A DNA stretch of 64,000 nucleotides from Podarcis filfolensis (lineage: Eukaryota), in assembly GCA_964270895.1 (NCBI GenBank), contig OZ185440.1, one strand, 5' to 3'. Position numbers and translations under genes: made by a program. Numbering within the stretch: the stretch's first letter is position 1; the number at the start of each line of letters is the position of its first letter. The notes under the pieces were generated by a model. It saw only the letters and a program-made list of their open reading frames with translations. It had not been told where the DNA came from and did not search any database. Shown here one piece after another: positions 56,501 to 64,000 of this stretch.

Positions 56501-56644
56501 TGTTTGCCTGGTTGAGCTTCTGCCAAATTGTCATTGAAGACTCCTTGGAGGCATTGTCCAGGGAACTGCGGTTATCCGTTTGCGGGCAGGCTATGAGGCT
56601 CAAATTGCCCATGCTGTCCTTCTTGAGGTGTACAGAAACAATAC
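53054..56644 (-). CDS. IP6K3: Inositol hexakisphosphate kinase 3, 5'-partial (last 4 coding exons)
   Basis: Contains PCILDLKMG (PxxxDxKxG), SSSLL and MIDFAH inositol phosphate kinase motifs; C-terminus GLENLIK...GE*; syntenic position next to UQCC2. Confidence 0.93.
54013..54188 (-). CDS. IP6K3: IP6K3 exon (FLLLENV...PCILDLKMG...ICGMQ)
   Basis: tccag|AA ... CAG|gtaaga, 176 nt. Confidence 0.92.
55249..55427 (-). CDS. IP6K3: IP6K3 exon (...[19 protein letters not shown]...)
   Basis: cgtag|C ... CATC|gtatct, 179 nt; phases fit both neighbours. Confidence 0.87.
56434..56644 (-). CDS. IP6K3: IP6K3 exon ([18 protein letters not shown]...)
   Basis: tttaaag|GT ... GACAG|gtaagg, 211 nt. Confidence 0.85.
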
Positions 56645-57121
56645 CTTTAAAGGAAAGACAAAAATGAAAATGTGAGAGATATAAGTTCAGTATATTGGTG
56701 CTGGGAGGAGCAAAAAAAGTTCACAATTAAGCACTTTTAACGAGACAGTCAGTCACCGTTCCAATTTACTTCCACTGAGAACCTCTGCAAATATTGGTTT
56801 CCTCCAAATTACTTAGGGTGGAATTCACCTAATAAACCCCATTTGCACAACAGGGATTCGCCTCCCCCAATGGACCCCCCCCCAAACTTAGCTCTGGAGA
56901 AGTCAGGGGAACCCCTAAGAATGTGAGGTGGGGTGAGGGGGTTGTTCCATCTGGCAAGCTGAAATGCTTGTGCAGATGTAACATTCATCACAATGCAATG
57001 TTGGATCCCACCCTTTGTTTGTGAATTTGGTTAGTATGCTATAGATAATTTGTGAAGCCATTACCTACGTTTGGTTAGGGCAAAAATGAAATTACTGTGG
57101 TGTCTTGGGATGCTATCATAC

Positions 57122-57250
57122 AATCACAGAATTGTAGAGTTGGAAGGGACCACAAGGGTCAAAAAATGCAGGAATCTTTTGCCCAAAGTGGGGCTCAAAC
57201 TCAGGACACTGAGATTAAGAATCTCATGCTCTACCAGCTGAGCTGTCCCA
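57122..57250 (-). mobile_element. Second tRNA-Lys/CR1-tail SINE, internally deleted
   Basis: Reverse complement has the same head and the GGTCCCTTCCAACTC tail. Confidence 0.72.
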
Positions 57251-58401
57251 GCAGTATTGCATAAAGCACACTTAGCTTTGGAGGTCACCTGGGCCTCTAG
57301 CAACAAAGATGGATCCAGAAGCACCCTCAGACTATGAACCTGCTCTTTGTGGGGAGTGTGGCTATATTGTGTGAAGAGAACTTACGAAAGCATTTGTAGT
57401 TGCATAGGAAGCTACAGACAGTTCTTAGCTAGTTCTATTTAGATCTTTGACTTTCAGGAGTCAAGCATGTTCCCTGGCATGCATCAGAAAACAGTACTTG
57501 ACCTCTCTGAAATGCCTTTTCCTTTCATCTCCATTTCAACACTATACTTCATATGAAATCTATCCTATAAACTGGAGCGTGGGGCAAATGACCTAAAGTG
57601 CAGCATGGGTGTGGGTGAGAAGGGAGTGCTGAACCCTCCCCTAACCTGAAGCTGCTTTTCCTATCTCTGCCTCTCTCAGTGGAAGTTACATCCAGTATTT
57701 CCACTGGGGGAAATGGCTAGAGGAGGTGTTTTAAGAGAATAAAGTATGAGTTCAGTGTTCTCTTCCTGCACTTCAAATTGATCCCAGCTCCCGCTTTACA
57801 GGAATTCAGCATCAGTTTGATTTTAAGGCATGGCTCTCCTGCCATACACAACTTTACTTCACTGTTAGTAACTGTTCTTGTGCAGAACCCAAACCTTTAA
57901 ATAAGACAATCAGATAAAAAACCAGTTCCTGAAACCAGGAAACTAACAAGCATTCTTAACGCTTTATTGTGTCCCGTCCCCCCGACCTCTGCTGCCCTCT
58001 CATCTGTAACTGGGACTAAAGCAGTGGTAAGTGGTCTTATTATCTACCCTTTAGCCTTTCCTTTATATATGAGATCTGCTGCTTTGCATGTTCTAGAATA
58101 GCACAGGCCCTTACCCACATTGCTCAGATTTCACATGTGTGGCAATAGGTATTGCCCTAAAATAAAACACCATAGAAAACGAAAGCAAGGTCTGGCATAC
58201 TTAAGACAGCGGATCTTGTTGTCGGCATATTTTAGAGCAGGATATTCCAAGCAGGAACAAGTGTGACGGTATCGTACCAAAATAGCCCTCATTATTGTTC
58301 ATTTGTTTATTTGGGTTTTAACTTGCCATGTCCCAAAGGCTAAAAGCTCAGAATAGTCCATGGGCAGAGTGTCTGTTCTTATCCCTGATCCTTAAACCCG
58401 T

Positions 58402-58625
58402 GAGAGCCATTGTGGTGTAGTGGTTAGAGTGCTGGAGACCAGAGTTCAAATCCTCACTTGGCCATGAAGTTCCCTGACCAGTCGCTGCCTTTAAACCTAA
58501 GCTGCCTCAGAGGGTTGTTGCGAGGATTAAATGAGGAGGGGGTAGAACCATGTATGCCACCTGGAGCTCCTTGGATAAAAGATGGCATATAAATGCAATA
58601 ATAATAATTAACAACAATAATAATA
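58402..58625 (+). mobile_element. tRNA-derived SINE (Squam3/MIR-like)
   Basis: GAGAGCCATTGTGGTGTAGTGGTTAGAGTG...GAGTTCAAATCC...AGGGTTGTTGCGAGGATTAAAT...(AAT)n. Confidence 0.65.
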
Positions 58626-60736
58626 GTTTGGGAGGGCAGAAGTTCCAAATTAGTTGTCTGTTGCACCTGTGATGCTTCAGCTGAGGTTTTTGTTGTTGTA
58701 AAAAGAAACAAACAGATGCTGTATCGATGTGGTTTTTGAAATGCATGCTTGCACAATTAAAAAGCTGCCTTGCACTAACTGCAGAGTGGCGGTCGTCCCC
58801 CAAAAAACCCCCTGCATCCACATTTCCTTTTTGTTTTATATAGGCCATTCAGAAACAACATAAGCCAAAATGGCATGCCCTTTCCTCAAGGAAAAACAAA
58901 GGTGATAAAGCAAGAGAAAGAGGGAAGAAAGAGAAGAGGCTCATCTAACAAGGGCTGGTTGTAGAGATCAGATAAATTCCAGCCCAAATGCCTTTTCTCC
59001 TCCTCTCCCCCCCCTTGGAGGGTAGAACTTCAGGTTTGCAGGTGGTGCTATACCAGAAGAATTGTGGCCTGTATGAATGGATAAACCTTCAATATCCTAC
59101 ATCCAAACTGGGGCTGCGAGGCAACCACCTGGAGAGCCATCTGATACTGTGAAAATCAGGTCTAAGGTATAGGATTAAGCCACGGGTTGTGACAAGGCAG
59201 CCCCAAAGAGAGAGTCCCTGTGCCAAACTTGCACCCTGTATTTCAGCGCCGTTTCTTCCTGCTGACTTTAATGGGACTCACATGGCTGAAGTGCCAGCTG
59301 GGTAACCTTTTATATATTTACTCCACTCCCAATAAAGCCTGAGTGATCACACTTGCAGCCCAGAACATCTCAAATGACAGATTGCTTTCGGGCATGGCTT
59401 GCAGAGGAGGCAGCTTTGACCTTTGGAAGAAAGGCCAGTGGCAGTTGTCCCTCTTCCTTCAGGCACAGCCACACTGCGCTTTTCATCCCCAGCTCCGACT
59501 TCCGCACTGCGGGGCCAGCTGAAGAGTCTTTTGCATAGTGACTGCCCTTTGAGGATTAGCCAGGACTCCTCTGGGCCATGTGAGCTGCTCACAGCAGTGC
59601 CCAGAGGCTTCCAAATCCTCTGGTGGGAACTAGGGACAGAGCAGGGTTGCCAACTGACGCCCTTCTGCCCTGCGGCTGTGTGTTGGCAGCCATTTTACAG
59701 ACGTTGCTCCACATATTAGCCCCTTCCACAGATACCGAGTGCAGGAGATTTGATGAAGCATGAGGACCTGGTTTTCTTCTCTATTCCAAAACCTGGAGAT
59801 AGCCAACACCCCCGATTTTGTCAATATTTGATGAGTGGCAGAGGAATCCAAACCACGGCCAAGCAGTGGTGAGATATGATGGAGGAACAGAGCCTGGATG
59901 GCGCCTGACGCCATCAAATGGCAACAGTGAGTCTGGCTAAGGATGCAGCAGATCCTGAGCCTGCTCAGTAGCTCACCTGCCCCTCAATGCCCCATTTTGG
60001 GGCTTTCCCTAAATTGCCAGAAGCTGGAAGCCCACCGGCAGAACTTCCACCTGCCTGCAGCTTCAGCAGACAGAGCTCTCTTTGCACATGCTGGCAGAGC
60101 TATTGTGGGCTGAGTGGATGGAGACCTCTACCCCATCCAATATCCCCCTCCAGCAGGGCAGACTGAGGGTTTGGATTGCACCCTAAATGTATTTTTGTAG
60201 GTAATCTCCTGCACTGTTAACTCCAGGAGCTGTTATGTGTCCACTGTCTTACAGGGGGAAAAATGCTCATAAAGCACAGCATCTTCTTACTCTACTAACC
60301 TAGTTCTGCATGTATTTCACATTCAAGATGCTTCCCTAGCTTGACTCAGATATCCTAAGCAGCTGTTGTCTCTTGGTGATCAGCATTAAGACTCTTGGGG
60401 CCCTCCTCTTTTTCACAGCTGCTCAAAATATAAGACCAGCACAGATGTATGGCTGTGCTTGAATGGCTGCTCCCATAGCAGATAGCTTCTGCGCTGCAGA
60501 GTTAAACCAAAAGCAGAGACAGAAGTACTGAAAGGTCTCTTATTTTCAGCAGAATTGGCCAGTGTTGGACAATCTGAGATCAGTATGATTTCTACCTCTT
60601 TATTATGGGGTGTTGGGAATGCTGAACTAACATGCTCTCAACATGCATAAATTCTTGGTCCTGACTCTGGCTATATACCCTAAGAAGTGGGGAGGGGGAA
60701 ACGCCAGATCTATTTTTGCTGATGAATCAATTAGTG

Positions 60737-60737
<1 letters not shown>

Positions 60738-60772
<35 letters not shown>
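60738..60772. repeat. (GT)n microsatellite
   Basis: Seen directly. Confidence 0.95.
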
Positions 60773-60776
<4 letters not shown>

Positions 60777-63700
60777 CAAACAAGGAGGAGGAAATAGACA
60801 CTGAATGGCTGCATAATGTAACACTTATTTTGTCCAAGACCAAGAAGTCTTAAACATAACCTAAAACTCATGCACTGGAACAGAGTCAGAAATTTTGGAA
60901 GGGATTTGAAGGACCATGCAGTCTAATCTGAGGCAAAGCATCCTATTATGTAGGCATCTGTAATGAATGCCAGCTCAATTCTTCTTGAAAACCTCTGAAG
61001 GAGAGGTTCTGTACCCTAACTATATTTGTTAAACTTTGTTCCCAATGATCAATAAGCTAGTGGCAAAACCCTGACATATCCAAAGTGAGTTGACCTTTCA
61101 TAGGTTAAAGCAGCAGTGAGGGAGCCACTTCCCTATAGTTTCCATGTCTTAACAGTTACATTTGGGAGGTTTGGGACCAATTGGTTGGGACCCACACTTT
61201 TTGCAAATACAACCTATTTCTCTTGACCTGGTGCAATTGGTGTATACTAATTGGAATGGCCAACGAGTATTTTTACGGCAAAGCTCAGTGGAAGAATGGG
61301 CTAGCAGATTAATTGTCACATATTCCAGAGGGGGCGCGCGTGTTAATCTGTTGCAACAAAACTAGCCAAGAGTTTCATGGCACCTCATTTCACTGGTATG
61401 TGCAACATATGATCAAAAAACCCACCAGCACATGCAACTTGGTTTCAGTGCATGAGTTCTGCAGTGGGCTTTGCTACAGTTTAGAATCTGGCAAAAGCTG
61501 TTACCAGATTTCTACATCCTGAAGGCTTGGTTTAGCCTTCATTTTGGTACCCGTGGTGATTCAGTTGGGGTATGTGTATAGCAAATTAGTCAGGCAGAGA
61601 GTATTTATAGAAGGTATCAGCATGCTAGAAGCATCTCGGCAATTCTCAGAAGCTGTTTTGCTATGTAGCTCCCTAGCTCCATTCTTGTGTGTATATTTTT
61701 AAATTAATAGGCACATTTATTTACTGCCATGTGCAATATGAATCTAGGCAGAACCTGGCCTGAAAAACAAATCTGTAATTTCACAGTAGTTCTCAGCAGG
61801 CAGCTTTGGGAAAGAGAGAGAGAGAGAGAGGGAAGCAAACTTGTCTCAAGGTCATTTTTTCCTGTTGGAAATGCATAAAAGGAGCTGTCGTCTCTGTAAA
61901 CAGGCACTGCAATTCTATGCATGTTTACTCTGAAGTAAGTCCCACTGAACTCCTAAGTACATATGGTTGCAGCCTAGATTGTAGCAATAGTCAAGCAAAG
62001 TTTTGCAAAATGGCGTTCTTACGCAATGGTCCCTAGGCCTCTGTGAAGCCTTCAGGGTGTATAAAAATAGAACCAAGGTCCAGCCACACTGGTGAATCCA
62101 AGCCAGAGAGCGCACAGGTATTCCTTTTGACATTTAGGCTACCATTTTGCCTAATGGAAAAGAGCAGAGCCAGCCCAAGATATTTCGCTGTCTGAGGCTG
62201 AACAGCTAATGGCACCCCCTCCCTCCATGTTAAGGTAAATAATAATGAAGGCTGGCCAAGTGTTTTTGGCAGCTGAGGCAGGAAATCCCAAAAGTGCCTC
62301 TCCTCGGGTGTAAAATATACAATTAAAATTTAAAAAATTGCTGCACAGTATCTTGTATTAATTTAAAATTATTAGTACCTCACCTTGTTTTATACCATTT
62401 TAAAATAATTATTGTATATTTCTCATTGGTTTTCTTAAAAAAATATCAACATTGTTTTAAACTACACTTTTAATATTATACTTAACAAATTTTATTGTGT
62501 TTTATGTGCTTTGTTTCCTTTTTATCTTCTCTACTGGGCATTGACTGAAATATTTATATCTGAAGCATCTAACTGATGGCAGACCTACTCATGAGTAAAC
62601 AATCCTGCCTGCCATTTCAAGCAGCAGGCTGGGTGCAACCCATCCTGGGAGCAGACTTGCGCTATGAAAATTCCTCTACCTTCCTTGCCTCCCCCAACTC
62701 TAAGAGATGGGGAATGTTAGCATGCAGACAGCAGCACAAGAATACCCTGGCTGGAACAATAAGGTGCAAACTAAAGAAAGAGACTGAGACAAGACAAAAA
62801 TCTGCAGAGGGGTCTTGATCCTCAGACAAGGTTCATGGCTTCGTCACTGGAATTGTGGAGATGTAAAATTGTTTTTAAAGTAAAGAGATACATCCTGAAG
62901 CTCTTTCTCAAATGGCCATTGAGGGAGCATTAGTTGCCTTTACTGGGTCATGAATAGGGAACACCTCGCATATCCGAGACAAAATATTGGCAAGAGGCTG
63001 AGCTAAAAGAGAAGCCTTAAAATGCAGGTGCTCTCTCTAAAACCTCTATATGTTATGCTTCCATGGAAATCTGCCAGCCCAGGACATGAGGGAAATGCTT
63101 TTTATCTTGCCTCACAGAGAGAGAGAGAGAGAGGTGGAGGCATAAGGAGTTTGGGCTGGGGCAGCGTTGTCTTCTGTTGCTTTACTTACAGTCACTAGGG
63201 GGAAGTTAATTAACAACAGTGGAGGAAGTGTGTGAGCTGAACTGCTTTTAACGTGCTTTAGAAAAAATAATGGGAGTGAGCGAAATAATAACTTTTTGGT
63301 TAAGGCAGGCAGCAAAGCGTTTGATAGAAGAATATCAGTTTAAGAGCCTCTTATCCCATAATACATATTGATAGTTCACTTCCCTGATCCTATTTTGAAA
63401 ATGTATTGATTACAAGCTCTTTTAGATCTTTAAGGCTCTCTCTTCTTTCACAGATGTTTCATTCAAAACACATTTTATCGTGGGTCTGTGTAGATGAGAG
63501 TAACAAAATTTTGTTTTTAGATTTTAAGAAGCATGCTTCTAGATTCCTAATTTGTTTCTTTTTAATCTCTTAACTATGTATAAGTGTCTCTATGCTTTCC
63601 TAAGTACTTATAGGCCTCCCAATAGCCTGGTTCTCGGGGCAGCTTGTAATAGAATTAAAAACAAGCTAAAATTTCATACATTTGAATAAAACACGTGGGG

Positions 63701-64000
63701 CCGGTAATAGGGACTCAGAAACTAGCTGATTAAAAATCTCAGGGAAAAGGTCTTTGCTTGGCACCAAAAATTCAGTGCGGTTCAACTCATCCAGTTTATG
63801 AATTGCTTCACACAGGAAAAGTCCCAAAGCAATTTACAACAACAACCCTATAAAATCCTTTAAAGCAAAACAAACACACTAAACATGTTCATCCACAGAA
63901 AACAAAGAACATAAAATCAGCCATGAAGCCCATGTAAGGATGAACACTGAAAACCAGGTCACAGCTAAAAATCAGAAAAGATACCAAGGCTGGCATTTCA

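Noticed and set aside
1-64000. CRISPR arrays, operons, prophage or an intact transposase/RT gene
   Set aside because: No repeat-spacer periodicity or long intronless ORF; all transposable elements are non-autonomous or fragmentary.

Overview
Eukaryotic genomic DNA from a squamate reptile, probably a lacertid lizard. The taxon is inferred from Sauria-type SINEs, a BovB fragment and other lizard-type repeats. The window holds three intron-containing genes in the order known from human 6p21. (1) ITPR3 on the + strand: the 3' two-thirds of the inositol 1,4,5-trisphosphate receptor type 3, with 39 coding exons traced from 595 to the stop at 38055. They sum to 5563 nt in one continuous frame, and one intron is GC-AG. 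(2) UQCC2 on the - strand: complete, 4 coding exons, 125 aa, with a CpG-island promoter near 49.0-49.4 kb, tail-to-tail with ITPR3. (3) IP6K3 on the - strand: last 4 coding exons; the first coding exon was not found and probably lies beyond base 64000. The introns carry Sauria SINEs, tRNA-Lys/CR1-tail SINEs, BovB/L2 fragments, TA-flanked Tc1/mariner-type MITEs, hAT MITEs with perfect 8-bp TSDs, a probable solo LTR and microsatellites. Most six-frame ORFs are exon read-throughs or noise. I found no convincing wholly new multi-gene system. The best leads are an inverted young SINE pair able to form dsRNA in ITPR3 pre-mRNA, a Gly-to-Arg change in a normally invariant IP3R motif, a CTCF-like site between the convergent ITPR3 and UQCC2 3' ends, a GC-AG intron, and a competing in-frame donor inside UQCC2 exon 3. 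Comparisons with human proteins are from memory, not from a database search.
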